A stretch of DNA of 64,000 bases from Haliotis rubra (GCF_003918875.1 NW_025767356.1:248001-312000); one strand, 5' to 3'; counted from the stretch's first letter, positions 27,202 to 42,553 are shown. Translations and numbers: made by a program. The notes: a model not told the origin generated them from the sequence alone.

Positions 27202-28229
27202 AGATGCTGAGTATGAGCCCGCTGTAGTTGTAGTGAGGTGTAAAGACCCTGCAGATGTTGACAGCCTGGATGCCAGCCCCTCTGACGTCACTTACTGACC
27301 TAGAAACTGTGCATGTTTGATGTTGATGTATGCCCTTTATATATGTGTACATTAATGTCTCTCGAAGACCATACAAATAACAAAGGGTAAGGCCGAATGA
27401 TGATGCAATCATACAAAACTGTAACAGACAGTAATAGCGGTTGAATGAAGCTGTGCAATTTGCAAAACTGTACAAATACCTTTGGAATGTCATCAATATA
27501 TCATGTAAAACTACATGACAACTCGTGTGAGTATTTTATTTTCCTCATTTGAAATATATGTATGATGCACGTGTAAGTGTATTATGAAACCCTGCTTCAC
27601 AGCTCTCACACTTTGGCAGTCATGTATGTGTCGCTAGTGCTGGCTCTCATGTTTAGGATGAAATGGTTGTTGAACTCAAAAATGTAATTTGTTTGCCAAA
27701 GAGGTTTCCTGACAGCAGAATAGTTTTACATGGACGTGTGTTTTCTGATCACTTCATTTCACGCTGTCCTGGACTTTTTTCGTGAATGATCAAAGAATTC
27801 CACCAAGAACTAGAAATGGTACACGAGAGAGTTATGAATTAGAAAGTTAACTCGTTTCCCAAACTATTTGGAACTGTTGACCACCGACCGAGAGATAAAT
27901 CTGTTCATATCTTCGATATTGTTTTTAGAATTTTAGTTAGTATATCTTCCAGAAATAAATAGGTTAACAAAATCGAAAACATGATTATAGATTGTCCGAC
28001 GAAAAATGATTTTTGATAATGATAGAATACACCTTGTATGCATGTGCACGTGCACATGTGCCTTAAAATTAGAATTTGAGGGGTTTATAAACATTTCTAT
28101 ACATTTGTATCAGTTAACGTGTTCATGATAAAACATTACGCATGTATCTTGCTTCATTTGGAAGTTTCCTGTTGTTTTAATTGTGATGCTTAATGAATGA
28201 GTGATGTTCCTACAGCACTATTTTACAGT

Positions 28230-28640
28230 TTCAATAATCTGTATCCAGTAAAAATATATTAACTGTAATAATTCCTAACTTTGTATATTTCATAAGTGTA
28301 CTTTCATAAGATGACGTAGATTGGTATATCGTTGTCTGGGAGTTGTTTTTCATTGCAACCATTCGATATTCAGATGGGGGGAAAGTGGTGTGCTTTATAT
28401 ATAGACCTGTGCTATACTTAGACAGTTCTTGAGTCTCCATGAACCCTGTGGGCTGTTCAGACCCAGGCATTTTGAGAAACTTCTGGAGTCTTGTTCTCAG
28501 GTATATAAGGGGGGTAACTCTTGCCTCTAAACTCACATTACATCCCAGGTTACAGGAAAATCAGCATTTGTATGGAGACCATACTTCCCATTTCATTCTT
28601 CCCTTGGATCCTCAAGACCAGGAGCCTATCTAAGATACTT
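28230..28640 (-). mobile_element. Degraded CR1/L2-type LINE ORF2 3' fragment
   Basis: Minus-strand remnants VWSPY and RLQKFLKMP..ELSKYSTGLY, with stops and frameshifts. Confidence 0.4.
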
Positions 28641-31149
28641 GACCTGTGTTGTGGTGATGTGACTATTGCCACCATTGTCTTCATTGCTATAACCACTGAG
28701 CTTGTATATACTGCATGTGTACTGTCACTCTATGTTGTACTGCCATTGTCATGCCAATTTTATAATACAATTGTTAAGTACATCATATTTGTTGTTATTT
28801 GTTCGTTTCACACTCAGCACTTGTACGGACTGATTCGGGGTTAACAATTGTTTGTTTGAATCAACACATAGTATGATAACTCGTTTGTCTTATTGTTGCA
28901 AAAGAGTATTGGAAGCTGGACAACATAATGCGCACTATGACTAACACATTCAGATCCTAGAATCTAGAGGAATGATCTAGAACTCAAAGTGAATCCGGCC
29001 CAGTCATTTTTAATGCAATAGATATCGGATATATTATGTTGTTCAATAACACACATTCGCTTTTCGCTGGAAAAGAAACTGAACCTGAAGTTCCAAGAAT
29101 ATGGACGGGAGTGCTTATTGAGTTTGTATTTTGCAGCGAGGCAACAAAGAGGGCATAAATGAATAAAAAGTAAGCACGGATGTTGATGGACACCAGGTGT
29201 AACTTATCAGCTCATGTAATGTCAAATGCCATGCTATGTTTAAATGCCAAAGAATCCGTTGCTAATTTTCAAAACTGTTTTATCTCTGGGGCTGAGGTTT
29301 ACATTTTAACGCTATAGAATCGGGCTTAGATAAAAACAATTACCGGAACTCTTCACTTTCCTGAAAGAGCCCTGCACGTTTACTCGTGTAGCTATGCATA
29401 ACCATTACATGGGCCTGCACATGTATTAACGATAATATGTATCGTGTTAAAGGAATAATATTCTATAGGATGACAAAAAGTGTATCAAAGTGTATACTAG
29501 AAATCTTAACAATATGTGCTTGAACGTGTGCTTGAATTAGTATGTTCATTAAACAAAACCAAAGTTGAGTGTGTCCGTAATGTGTTGATCGTATATTTTG
29601 TTTATGATGCAACACGACAAACCTAAGGGATAACTTTAACCTTGATTGTGTGGACGATTTAAACTGCACGTGATAATCAGGGTAGTGAGTTGTTACCCTG
29701 CTGGGCAGCGCAGGTAAACCGGAAGTGCCAAACAATAGCATTTTACAGGGGGCGAGATGTAATAAACTGTAACGGGGGAAGGGTAGGGATAACGCTCATC
29801 AACTTTGCACACTTTCTTTTATCTTGTGCTATTTAACCCATAACTTCACGAAACTTACATATCCCACATAGCCGAGATGAACTGTGTTATGAGTCATCAA
29901 GTTAAATATCATTCTAATTTGTTTTAAACGTGTAAGCGTAATGAGCACCATTAACGATGGTTGTTAAAGAATTGTGTATGTAAGATTATAAAAGAACGAC
30001 TCGAGGCGTTGCTTATCTGTCAATCAAACACTAAACGCAGAAAAAACAACTCGGAGCCGCGCTGGCGGTAGTCTACACCTGTATCATCAAATGTTCAGGA
30101 CAAAAATTATACCAAGTATCAACGATCTTAACTTGGCTTAGGAAACAAATTAGGAAATGGCAGAGCTTTTTGAAATGTTTGGATAATATGTTGTGGCTGG
30201 AGGTACCCATCTCTTGTGGTGACTATTAATATTGTAATCATTCCCGGTTTAGCTGTCTCTCAATGTATATGAATCGAAATTTCTAGGAACGGGCAAACTA
30301 AAATATATTGGCTTTGGAGTTTAAGTTTCATTAATGTCAAAGTTCTGTACCTTGTGCGTTGTTTTCCACACCGAAAGGCAGAGAGACATCATTTTGGCAT
30401 TACTTAAAACCAATCCAAACTTAAATGATTCGTGATGACATTGCTTCGACTGATTTGTATGCCCTGAAGTGTGTAAAGATAACAATGATTCATCATCGCT
30501 AGTTGCTTTGCAGCATCCATGCAGGTTTCACTTTCAGAAGCCATCCAATATAGCCACCAATGTCCTAGGGTTAAGTGTTGTTGACTGGAATATGTGTATA
30601 GTTTTGTTGTATTTAAAGCTATTATGAATTATTAACTTGTCTCATCAAGGTTATTTCCTATCGAGCATAAGTGTCTAACTGTAGCTATAGTACACTTGCG
30701 AAGTCTCGTCAAGTCTCGGTGTAATCCAGCACCATGTGTCTCGGCAGTGGTTTCGACAGACCGAGAGATATACCAGATCAGCCCTATTTATCATCCAAAT
30801 TACTCGTGCTTATACATCTCATAATGATACATGATGATGTCCTGTTTCACCCTAAGATGTTCATGTCATGTGACGCTGGAATGCAGTGGCGACATGAACA
30901 TATAAGGTACATGTATATGAAGCGTCATGTATTCACTCATTCTCATGTTCTGCTACAAGAAGCACCACTCAGTAACACAGTCGTGAATAAAAACACAAAG
31001 GACCCTGCCGTTGTGGTGGTTTTAGACTTCCTGCTTCCACCAGCTGTCTGTACGAACGAAACTCTCCTCCTAACCTCTATCTCATGTGATGTTTGAAATG
31101 TTCACCCTCTCATAAACACGGACACTGGGAGCGTCACAGTGTGATAGCA

Positions 31150-34100
31150 ATGGCCTGTCCACGACAAGTGGTCGCTTGCTGTTTGACATTGGCAATAATA
31201 ATGGCTAATGCCACACAAATTGAGAGTCGTTCAAACGCAGGTACGTAACGTTTTACTTCCATGAGATCTTGTCATTATGTTACGGACCTTTTAACCCCTA
31301 TAACTAAACATGAACTGACATACGGACATAGGACTGGCCTGACATAGACCTTGGCACATCAGACATTGATCTGCACTCCCAACACAATGGACACACCAGA
31401 CATTGATCTGCACTCCTAACACGGATGACTCACAAGACATTGATATACACTCCCAACAAGGAGGAATCACCAGACACTGATCTGCACTCCCAACACGGAG
31501 GATTCACCAGACACTGATCTGCACTCCCAACACGGAGGACTCACCAGACACTGATCTGCACTCCCATGTTACGAACAGGCGCGTTTCGTATTTTAGTATC
31601 GTAAATATTTCCACATATATCAAAAAAAATTGCCGGCCATATATATCTCCCACCATTTTTCGGCTGTTGTAGCATCGTCAAATAAAAGACCTCAGCAAGT
31701 AGCGAGCGTATGTTCGAATATCCAGACATGAGGTCAAAATAGAACAATGTTTTGTTAAGAAGGTCACATGCAACCAAAAAATCAAACATAATTAAAACAC
31801 AATTATCACTTCTTCATGACATATAATATGCATTGCTGATTATGAAAAAACAAATAAACAAAATTATAAGCGTATAATCGCAAATCAAAAGTGCAATATT
31901 TTGTACTTTGGGTTTACCTCCCTCGAAACGAAGCAGCCGGGATACCAAACCCAGTCAGAGCGGGTGGGTGTGCACTCAAGTGTAACGGCTGGTTCATTAG
32001 CAGATGCCGCCTCACAGCTCATTGTGTGTGTATATATAGAGATGTTGGGTTTTGTAAATACATGCTCATTTTTTGTGTATAACATTTTGCAATCAACAGA
32101 CATCATAACATGTAATGTGTTCAAGTATCACACCTGCCTGTCTGTGTAATTACATAATGTGACAGAGACCGAACTCGGGCCATAAATCAATGCGTTTTGT
32201 TTATGGTGTATAGCCTGATTGGTGTTAAGTTCAAATTGCATGTGGTCAGTGATCGCAGTTGTGTATTGATTATTGTCATTAGCAGACAGGCAGGCAGACA
32301 CACAGGTGTCAATAAAACAAGACATTGAGCTTTGTCTGTGACAGCGACATATCTATATCACAGTTAGAAATTGTGTCAACGCTAAATAATGACATTGCTT
32401 TTAAGTATCGAACTGAGAAAGTGACTCGGTAAGAAGAACGTGTGGTGAAATAGACAAATGAAATTATATAAACAGTTTATTTACTGTCATAACATATAAA
32501 AAGCTCGCGCCTGTGAGATATCAACAAAACATTAGGAAAATAGCTCACACCAAAGCCTTCACCGAGTATTCACCAGACAGCCCGCTTCTAAGTTGCGCGA
32601 ACCTATTTCACTGCGCACGTGCTATGAGCGCAGCCCAGCTGTTGAAACCCGTATTCCCCAGAAAAGTCTGGGGAAAATTAGTGAAACGTTTGAACTCCGA
32701 TTTCGCGCGGTTTTTTCATCGCGTTATTTTTCAACTTTATAAGTTGAATTTGCATTTTTGACGCTTTGTTTCGGTAAGTCCATACCGAAAGGTATCAGAA
32801 TCTGCAAAGTTGTGTTTTACGTTGCATGTGACCTTTAACATAACGCTAGGAATACTTCTTACCTTTTATTAAAAAAATATTCGTTATTTTTGTGACAATC
32901 TATTTGAGATTTGATTTTCCTTTTCCTATAACTACGCTTCATTATTTATTGGTCATTTCGATTTAGTGCATAACATTGTTCCACAATGAAATAGGCAGTC
33001 GTAAGCTTATTATCGAGTTTATGTTTAGATTGGCCGTGCATGGAGTCATACAGGAACAAATCGGCATACACAAGAGTTTTACATATTGTGCATGCTGGTT
33101 CTGAGGTTTGTGCGTCCGGGAACCCAAGAAATTGTTGATGTAACGTTTAGAGGGAAAGAGATGTAATTCTGACCTGACACACCTGTTATGTTTTCATGAA
33201 GGGAATAAGAGTTTCCACGTATCGTGCCACCCTGCACACTGGATCCTGGCTCAGATGACGTGCAAACAGAAACAGGGAGCCATGTTTGAGCTGGATGATC
33301 TGAAGAAAAGCTACGGCCTGCCCATCCTGCAAGCAGCGTTGCGAGATGTCGGGGAAATATGGATTAGCAGGAAGAAAACAGGTAATGGGCAGATCATTGA
33401 GCTTGAGCTTCCACTGTGTTTGAATGGACCGCGTTATCCAAATTTGGGACAGGGAAGCAACTCCTGATGGCTTGTATGTACTGGGTGCGGTGGATGTGTA
33501 CACTTTGTATATCCACTCCAGGGGTCGATCAAAATATTCTGTGGTTTGCTATAAGAGGCTTCTAAATCGTATCGGCGACTTATTTCCGCGTTCCTGAAAA
33601 GATGGACCACTGATTTGTTTCATTCGATATTGTATTGAAGTGATATAACCACAACATTGCTGGCTGTAAAGCAAGAAAGTACAAATAATTAAACAATGCA
33701 CGCAGATAGACATATAGTATGACCAGAAATTATTGAGAATTTTAGGAAAATGTTTAATTGGATTTCTAGTATAAACAACCTTGACCAGCTATCAAGTGCT
33801 TGGTTTCATTCAAGAGAGACAACTCTGTCAATCCTTTTTCATTAGTTTGTGAAGAGTTATCCCCCTTTGTTTACTTGCTAGCAGACGACATTTTCAGTGA
33901 TCCTCTGTATGGATGATTTAGAGAAGAGGAAGTTGATTTTAGAGTATTATAACAAGGACATCAGATCAGCTAAAGTAGAACAGGCATCCCTTTGCCCACT
34001 GTTTATCGTGTTTTGAAAAATATTGCAAATGGATTATGGCATTGAGCACCAGGGAGGCGCAGGTAGGCCCAGAAAATTGACTGTCGGTGACAGGAGGCGG

Positions 34101-37100
34101 CTTGGTGATCTTGTTTCTAAAAACAAACGAAGGAGTTTAGAAAACTTAAGGCTGGATATGATTGATAGAGGAACTGTGGCTGTCTGTAAGGATACAATTA
34201 GAACTCAGCTGTATGCAATGGGTTGGCAGAAAAGTCGAGGAATTCCATCACCAATCATGAAACCTGAACAAAAGGAGCGAAGGTTGAACTGGAGCTTACA
34301 GCATAGAAAGTTTAACTGGGACAATGTGATTTTCTCAGATGAAAGTTCTGTATGGCTGTTTCCTAATACACTGAAATTCTGGACCACACAAACTGAAAAA
34401 CCTTTGTATCAGCGCCCAAAGTACAGTCCAAAATATAACGTGTGGGGTGGCATATCTGTGTTAGGGGCAACGTCCCTTTGTGTATTTGAAGGGAATATGA
34501 AAAGTGAGCGGTACACAGATATTCTCGAGGGACATTTACTTCCATCTGCTCACGTGTTCTATGGAAATGTTTGGATTTTCCAGCAGGACAACGACCCAAA
34601 ACATCGTTCAAAGCATTCACAGGCCTGGTTTCGGACCCAAAATATGACATTATTTGATTGGCCAAGCTATAATCCTGACCTAAATCCAATAGAAAATGTT
34701 TGGGGACTTATGAAGAAAAGTGTCAATAAGAAAAATCTGACAAATATTGCTGAAACGAAAGAAGAGGTGGTCCGATATTGGGACAGCATGGACCACGACT
34801 TTCTAACTTCTTTGATCAGTAGTATGCCCCGCCGCATTGAAGCCTGCATTGCTGCCCATATTGACTTGACAACATACTAACTGTTCACCTGTCTTTGAAT
34901 CTGGAGTTATGTTCTGCTAATATTCACATTTAATACGTGAGTAATGAGTGAAAAATATAAAACAATTACAATCTTTTAATTCTCAATAATTTCTGGTTGT
35001 ACTGTAAAACAAACTAATGATGGTACTTTCCTCTTTGATAGTGCAATATTCAAGTACTGTGAGAGGATATTCATCCACAAACTGGATTAAATAAAGGTAA
35101 TAGAACAGGCGATTGTTTCTGTCATATGAAGGAAAATCATCATTTATTCAAACCGTTTCTTCATGACATAATGCAATAAATTTAAGTATTTCGGTAATAT
35201 TGTCAGTCATAAGTAGCAATAGAATACTCATGTCACAGGTGGGTGTTGGAGGGTGGGTGTCAAACTGAAGACTACAACCCAGATGCCAAGCGGATCGGGA
35301 GATAACAGGAGCAACAGTGAGTATAGGAAATGTTTTTTGTATTATGAGTGAGTAAATGTGGTTTTAGACATATTCAAGCAATATCACGGTGAAAAACAAC
35401 AGAAATGTGGAATTGAGATTTTATGACGACCCTGGATACTGATTCTGTAATATTACGGCGGGTAGAAACTCGACTAAAAATTCTTTCAGATAAATATTCC
35501 AAAGGACAGGTATTTCTATCCCCTGAAATGTTAACGTTGCTCTTTGGATATGAAGTTAGATTGCTCTTTGCATATAAAGTTAGATGGAAAAGTCTATACT
35601 TATTTAGTGCCGTTTAGTGCAGTGAACAATATATTTACACGTCCCGTTACTACCACCAGCAGCCAGTTAAATATACCCTGCTGTGTAGGAGTGTTCGTGA
35701 CTGCTTAATCCTGGAATCAAAATATAGTGCTCCAATATGAGAGAGTGCCAACATATACCAGTAAATTAGACTTCCTTTATAGAATTAACATGACGTAATT
35801 TAAAATATAATTGCAGCCTGTCCAAATTGAGTAGATCGACGTTTATTAGGTCAGCTGCTGGCGATTAATATTTGGGGAAGGTCATCATATGGCTGGAATA
35901 TTGCTGTGTGCGGCGTTAAACAACATGAAAGAAAAAAAGATGTACTGATTATATGATGGCCAAGTGCAGTCCACAACTCTATAATTCTGTTCATTGCAGA
36001 TACGGATGATAACGGTTTCCTGGACACAAACTGCACTGAATTACACCATTATGTATGCAAGCTTAACAAACGTTAGTATACTTCAATTATGTCTGTTGTG
36101 AGAGTTTGAATGACTGAGCTGGTTTTGACGCCGCTTTAAGCAATATTCCAGCTTCATCACGGCGTGTGTGCTTAATGTGGGAGAAAGTCCCGAAGTGGGA
36201 CAAGTGTCAGCCGTCCACCGATCCGGGAAAACCTATCTGCATTCATATACTGCCAACAAACCTGGAAATCACAGGTGTCTGGCGCAAGGGACGCGACTCT
36301 GCACAACGAACGTCGGAGCATTGGACACATGAAACACTTCTCCCCTTCCAAACAACTGATGTTATGTAGATTACACGATTGTAAGAGAACAGAGCGATTT
36401 TATCATTCAAGTTAGTGGCGCATGCCATCTCGTGGCATATGTGGGTCAGAAACCACTGAACGTGGGTTCGATTCCAATATTCGCCCCGAATATATTTCTA
36501 GGTATGACAGACCCACGCCTACATCAGTATCGATATCAGACCCGAGTGGCTAGCTGTGATGATGATTGGAGTACTACAGAAGAGAAACAACGTATAGGTC
36601 ACACACTTACTTATATGTTGTTTCTTGTAGCATCTGAAGACAGGAGGCGGACAAATGGTAAGTATTTATGTGTCATGGCCCTAGCAAAAACAAGACAATC
36701 GGAACTGAAATCATACTTTGAATTATATATATCTTATAAATTACTGGAAAAAATAACTACACAAGGTATGACATAGCTCATTGTTATTTCTTATATTTCA
36801 AGTTGAATCAATGAATATTTGATTCCTGTTTCTTATTAGAAAATCTGTACGGCAAATACTGCATCGGTCACATTGTTAGTGTTCTGACTGTGATATCTAC
36901 AGTTCGTTGCAATAAGGTATCATTATCCGACAAGGTAATGCATCATTATTTCTGTGGATAGATTCGGAGCCACATTACGTTCCTTGTCAAAGTCATCCAA
37001 CATCCTCAAGTTCAGGTGAGTTGTATCAGAGACGCTATGTAGTTTTATTTGAGACATCTGTGTCGACTTTAAGCTTGAATGATAATGAATTGTTAGGATA

Positions 37101-38398
37101 TGACAAATGTGTAAAAGTAAGATCATCTAATCCAACTGTTTCCATCTGACTGAAGATAGCTGCATTGTTATAAGTGTAAAGGCTCCCTCGTATGGACAGT
37201 CGTTCCTGGCATTTATATATTATTTTGGGTTGTTGAGTAATTATTGTCTTTATTTTAGAATATATTTATGTGGATAAATGTATATCACGTTTCCTATACA
37301 GAAGTCTTAATTGATTAATGTGCCCCCAAATTGTACAGGAAACATAACTGACTGACTGACTGAGTTTGGTTTTACGCCGCTTTTAGCAATATTCCAGCAA
37401 CATCACGGCGGGGGACACCAGAAATGGGCTTCACACATTGTGCCCATGTGGGGATTCGAACCCGGGTCTTCGGCGTGACGAGCCAACGCTTTAACCATTA
37501 GGCTACCCCACCGCCCCAGGAAACATAACTGGTGAACCCGGAAAGGAAACGCTTATGAAAGGAATTCATGGTGTTTTCATTACGGCAAGTTAATTCAAAG
37601 GTTTCAATTTTAGGAGTTCTGGTACACTAACATTTTCAGAAAATGGTATCCTTAAAAACTCTTGTCATCTTTCAGGTTATATTTACCTGACCGTGCTGGG
37701 CGTCGGACTTGTCCTCATCCTGAGTATCATTGCCACGTATATCTCAGTCAGAAGGTTAGTAAGACATTTAAGAATGTATGTATTATTCACTAACTGCTTA
37801 CCACGAGGGACATGAGCGGTCTGGTCTTCTCTTTGGCTTATAAAACACCATTGGTCGGTTGGTATCTCAGATTCCTAAAGCGTTGATTCCTGGTGTCCCA
37901 GTATCCCCAAGATCATGGTTTTCCCAAGATTGTCAACACGACACGAAACGTTGAGTACTAAGTCAGCTGAATACTAGGAACTAACCTTCCTAGCTGTGCC
38001 CCAAATAATATGTATTATCACAATGAAATATTATGGAGCGGCTATTATCAAAGGTACTGGAATACTGTTTCAGACTTCGCGGCGTGGATGGTCGAGTGAC
38101 TGAGGGTCACTCAAATGCTGTTCAGAACCCCAATGGTACCCAATCTGACAATGATGACAACAGTGAGCTACAGACTCAAGATAAAGATGATGGTCACCCT
38201 GTCGAACAAATTGATCTTTGTTCTGTCGATACTGATAACAGTGCTTTCCTGGAAGAAATCTGCGATACGTCTGACGATCCTGCTGATCTATCTGACCACT
38301 CCGAGGGCCATACGGACCTTACTCCCAGTCCCCCTGAAGATGGCACGGTCTTCATGTCCGCCACCTACGACAACGTAACTTACATGTTTGGAAACTAG
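31150..38398 (+). CDS. G6: complete CTLD-like type I receptor with acidic tail ending in YDNV
   Basis: Exons 31150-31240 (signal MACPRQVVACCLTLAIIMANA), 33202-33381, 35239-35316, 36000-36071 (TNCTELHHYVCK), 36631-36657, TM 37676-37754 and tail 38074-38398. The frame is open throughout. Confidence 0.9.
31356..31566. repeat. 37-bp minisatellite, about 6 copies
   Basis: caccagacactgatctgcactcccaacacggaggatt. Confidence 0.9.
31761..32834. mobile_element. Non-autonomous Kolobok-like element in G6 intron 1
   Basis: 14-bp TIR aggtcacatgcaac / gttgcatgtgacct, TTAA on the right and ttaaga on the left. Confidence 0.65.
33715..35004 (+). mobile_element. Tc1-family DNA transposon (DD34E), near full length, in G6 intron 2
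   Basis: 27-bp TIRs (tagtatgaccagaaattattgagaatt / cagtacaaccagaaattattgagaatt) flanked by TA. The internal ORF has FSDES, QQDNDPKH and PDLNPIE with 34 residues between D and E. Confidence 0.95.
33909..34880 (+). pseudogene. Tc1 transposase with frameshifted N-terminus
   Basis: MDDLEKRKLILEYYNK from 33909 is broken by frameshifts before ORF 34023-34880, which carries GRPRK and the DDE domain. Confidence 0.8.
37351..37516 (-). mobile_element. SINE family A, young copy
   Basis: 15-bp TSD caggaaacataactg at 37336 and 37517. Confidence 0.9.
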
Positions 38399-39380
38399 CA
38401 TATCTCCAATGGCCATGTGCGAATAGCCGAATACAGATGCTAACTATGTCCTGGAGTTCACATGAGTACAACTAGCTCATAACCATATCACATTTGTCTG
38501 TGTAAGTAAAGCAGAGTCTTATCACATGGAGTAAGATTTTGCAAGTACTACCAACGCATTGTCATGTTCAGTATCGTTAAGGTAGCAAGAGTCATTTCAT
38601 ATGATGATGACACTCAGTTATGTATGTAGGTATGATTTGTACGGCTTAGACGAGACCTCAGATATTGATACCTTTGTCATTAGAACGTATTATAATGTAT
38701 TCATCATGCCATACACTATCACAGTGATCACCCAACCAAGAGGTCTCTGGTTATCTGCAATATATTACCAATCACTTTGTGACTGCAGACTGTTCAAATG
38801 CTTCATTCGCATAAAAGTAAATAAAATTAGCATGTTCTTCCAGATTGCACATTAATTAAGAAGTGATTGTGGTAACTACATACTTTGTATACTCCTAGCT
38901 TATATCATAAACGCGCCCAATTCATACAGCTGTCATCCATTTCACTACTGTTTGAGACATCATGTGTTTGTGTGAAGATAATTGACTTTGATTGTTGTTC
39001 ATATTTGTGTCTTTCCTTGCAAACAAAATATGTTCAGTGCACATCTGTAGTTCTGCCCCGATGCATCATTTCTACCATTAAAATATACAATTTGCTACTT
39101 TAATCAATATTTCTATGTCGTTTAACCTTAGCATGTGAACGAATTTGTCTCCTGAATTTGTACTGACACATCACATTAACATGTGATTGCTTTGTCGTCA
39201 ACTACTTCCTCAACTGGCTTCAGTATCAATGCAATATTTTCTTCAGGGTATTTATGTATGTGAACAAAATAAGCATTAAAAGTAATGAGTTATTTTTCAA
39301 TACATGTTGACTTCTCTTTATAAGCCGTATGTTTTGTTATATTTAACAATAATACACGAGGTCGGAAGCTGTAAATTATT

Positions 39381-39711
39381 CCTTAAACACTGCCATCGTG
39401 GGACAAGTTTTACTGTAGCTAGCTATACCTTAAACACTGCCATCGTGGGACAAGTTTGACTGTAGCTAGCTATACCTTAAACACTGCCATCGTGGGACAA
39501 GTTTGACTGTAGCTAGCTATACCTTAAACACTGCCATCGTGGGACAAGTTTTACTGTAGCTAGCTATACCTTAAACACTGCCATCGTGGGACAAGTTTGA
39601 CTGTAGCTAGCTATACCTTAAACACTGCCATCGTGGGACAAGTTTTACTGTAGGTAGCTATACCTTAAACACTGCCATCGTGGAACAAGTTTTACTGCAG
39701 CTATACCTTAA
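39381..39711. repeat. 47-bp tandem repeat, 7 copies
   Basis: ccttaaacactgccatcgtgggacaagttt(t/g)actgtagctagctata. Confidence 0.95.
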
Positions 39712-39962
39712 AGGATTTATTAAAAGGTTAAACACCATGCATTTTTATTACATAATGTCATTCAAACATGAACGAACATATACCTAATCTGCGCCATCCA
39801 TTTATGAAAAATGGTCGTAAAAATTGTAAATATGCACCAAAATTAAAACCACTTTAGCTCCGCCCACGCGTATGCATATTTTTATTTTTTAGCGGTCTGC
39901 CGTCAGTGGGTGTGACGTCATACCCGAGAGTCCGCTCAGTGTGTTGACATTTCAGTAGTGTA

Positions 39963-40672
39963 TACGCACAGGCCCCTACTGCGGGTCAGAAAATCGATAA
40001 ACTAGGCCCCGGTTTAGTATCAACACCCCCTACTATATAATACATAAAGGTTCATCACAGAAATACGGTGACATGATCGAAAACCGGACAATTACGGACA
40101 TGTCAATGTATATATCGTATTTTAAAGGTCTCACAAGTATCAAAAGCTTTTGTCCATATCTCCGATATATGTAGGAGGCATATACATGCGCTTTCCGTGG
40201 GGATGCATTTGATGGTTTTTATTAAATCGCCAAAGACCGAGTTGCTGTGCCGGAAGTATACAAAACTAGGTCGTCAGCGCAATCAAATTGGTTAATAAAA
40301 TGACAACAAATGCACGTGCGAAAATGAGAGGGAAACTCAAACGTCTATCATCCAAGATGTCACTATCTGATGTTTTATCTTGGTAAGAATAATTTTAAAA
40401 ACGAGTACAAATATGTTTTAAAGAAACACATTCACTCAGTGTAATGTGTTAGCCAATCAGATCGCCGGAGGTAGTGAAGTCAAGCGCTGACGACCTAGTT
40501 TTGTATACTTCCGGCACAGCAACTCGGTCTTTGGCAATTTAATAAAAACCATCAAATGCATCCCGTATTTCTGTGATGAACCTTTATGTATTATATAGTA
40601 GGGTGTGTTGATACTAAACCGGGGCCTAGTTTATCGATTTTCTGACCCGCAGTGGGGGCCTGTGTGCATACG
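39963..40672. repeat. Long inverted repeat / foldback MITE
   Basis: 39963-40068 and 40199-40280 are near-perfect reverse complements of 40563-40672 and 40484-40564. Confidence 0.85.
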
Positions 40673-42384
40673 CCATCGAGTTGAAAGTGACACGAAGTGC
40701 AATATTTTGAATGAAGCGTTGTTGTGATTATGTATTGGAAACTGACAACTGCACTTCAGGTTTTGATGGTTATCCAACTGCCTAAACAACACGGAAGTAC
40801 ATTTCCTGAGAAATTCCATTTGACAAAAGGAAGGGCATATGTTTGATTTTGTGAAGCCCTCCACGCACGGTCATCTGTTCGTTACACTTTTCGAAGAAGT
40901 GCTATGAAAGAGACCTAACCTCTGGCGAAATATGGATACGAATAGGCAAAACTTAAACTTTATAAGGATGTTACATCGGGCATTCCTTTTGATATTCCAA
41001 ACAAACACAGAGGCAGAAATGTCAACTTAGACTGAGACCGAGAGTGTTGCATTCCGGACGCGACGTTGGTTGCAGGTGAGTTTTAAGATGTAGTTGTTTT
41101 GGAGCAACATAAACACTCCAGTAGCTAGCTATATAAAGCTATAGTTGATAAAAAAGTACGTCATAATTTGCGCTCATGTCCTATTTTCGACCAGGGATAT
41201 ATTTTCACAGCCACTGTTACTGTTTCTCAGTAGGGCCAAGTCATCTATTTCCCGAGACGGGTGTGTTGTGGTGTGAGTGTGTGTGGAGGGATTGGGATGG
41301 CGGTGGGCATGGACAAATGAGAACTTGCAACATGTGAGTGCGGTGGTGAGAGAGAGCACAACATTTTTAAAACATAATTGAGTCATATCAGATAATTATC
41401 AACTGATCTGCACTGGCATAAAACTTAGGTATTTACGGACCCCTTGTGAAAACATCATGGCAGATGTATATATATATATAGGTAACTTTTAACCCTCTTT
41501 AACAAAAAAAGGGGAAATCAGGGAAATATACTCATGCCAATAATGGTTCTCACCCCCTTCAATTTTTTTAATTGGAGAGGGTGTGTGGGGTGGGTGTGTG
41601 GGGTTGGGCATGAGTGTACATGAGCATATGTGAGTATATGTGGGCAAGAGTATATGTTCCTTCAGATAATGTATTTCTTTGTGGGTTTTGTTTTTGGCAA
41701 ATGTAAAAATGCCACTTTAATGCTAGTTTTAGGATGTACATGGCAGCATTTCACATCAATGAAAACAGCCTAAATACCCTAGAAGTGACCAAGACTGGAG
41801 AACCCAAGTGGGCAATCAGCTATCCCCTAGGCCTAAACAAAGAGGCCAAGCCAGTGAACAAGAAACCAACACGTAAATATATTTCAGACAGTCAATAATG
41901 TTTTTTTGAACTGTGCACTCCAGTTTGAAAAAAACCCACTGTTCCTATTACTGCATGTTTTACCCTAACTAATGAGTCAACACTAAGTCTTGTTTGCAAA
42001 GACACTGGATCTTTTTCCCTCTCAGTATTTGTTAAGACAAAAGTACTTACTTTTTTAGAGCAGATTTCAAAGAAAATTATTATTATGGTTGCCAAAACAA
42101 AATGTACTTCGTGAATTGATTTATTTGCTAAACTTAAAGCAGGCCTCACAAAGCGAACAAGCTCGGTACCACAGGCTCGGTACCACTGTAAATATGTAGC
42201 GACTCTCGGGTATGACGTCACGCGACCACGTGACCGCCTACCTCATTATCTTGCGAAAAGGCGAAATGCTTTCGAGGGACGTGCGTTTTAGATTCACAAT
42301 AGAAGCTGTATAATGAAGTATTACTGTTTATAACTGTATTTTTGTGTATTATATGTATCTATGTGTTCATTAAGATCGATTATA

Positions 42385-42553
42385 GGGGCGGTGGGGTAGC
42401 CTAGTGGTTAAAGCGTTGGCTCGTCACGCCGAAGACCCGGGTTCGATTCCCCACATGGGCACAATGTGCTAAGCCCATTTCTGGTGTCCCCGCCGTGATA
42501 TTGCTGGAATATTGCTAAAAGCGGCGTAAAACTAAACTCAGTCAGTCAGTCAG
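42385..42553 (+). mobile_element. SINE family A, young copy
   Basis: TSD tcgattata, (CAGT)n tail. Confidence 0.9.

Noticed and set aside
26921-27496. 191-aa minus-strand ORF
   Set aside because: Antisense to the G5 terminal exon and 3' UTR, with no recognisable motifs.
39381-39711. CRISPR-like array
   Set aside because: Head-to-tail identical units with no unique spacers, no cas genes, eukaryotic context.
42385-42460. tRNA genes (also near 1346, 12433, 37450 and 50698)
   Set aside because: The tRNA-like heads continue into SINE bodies with simple-repeat tails and TSDs.
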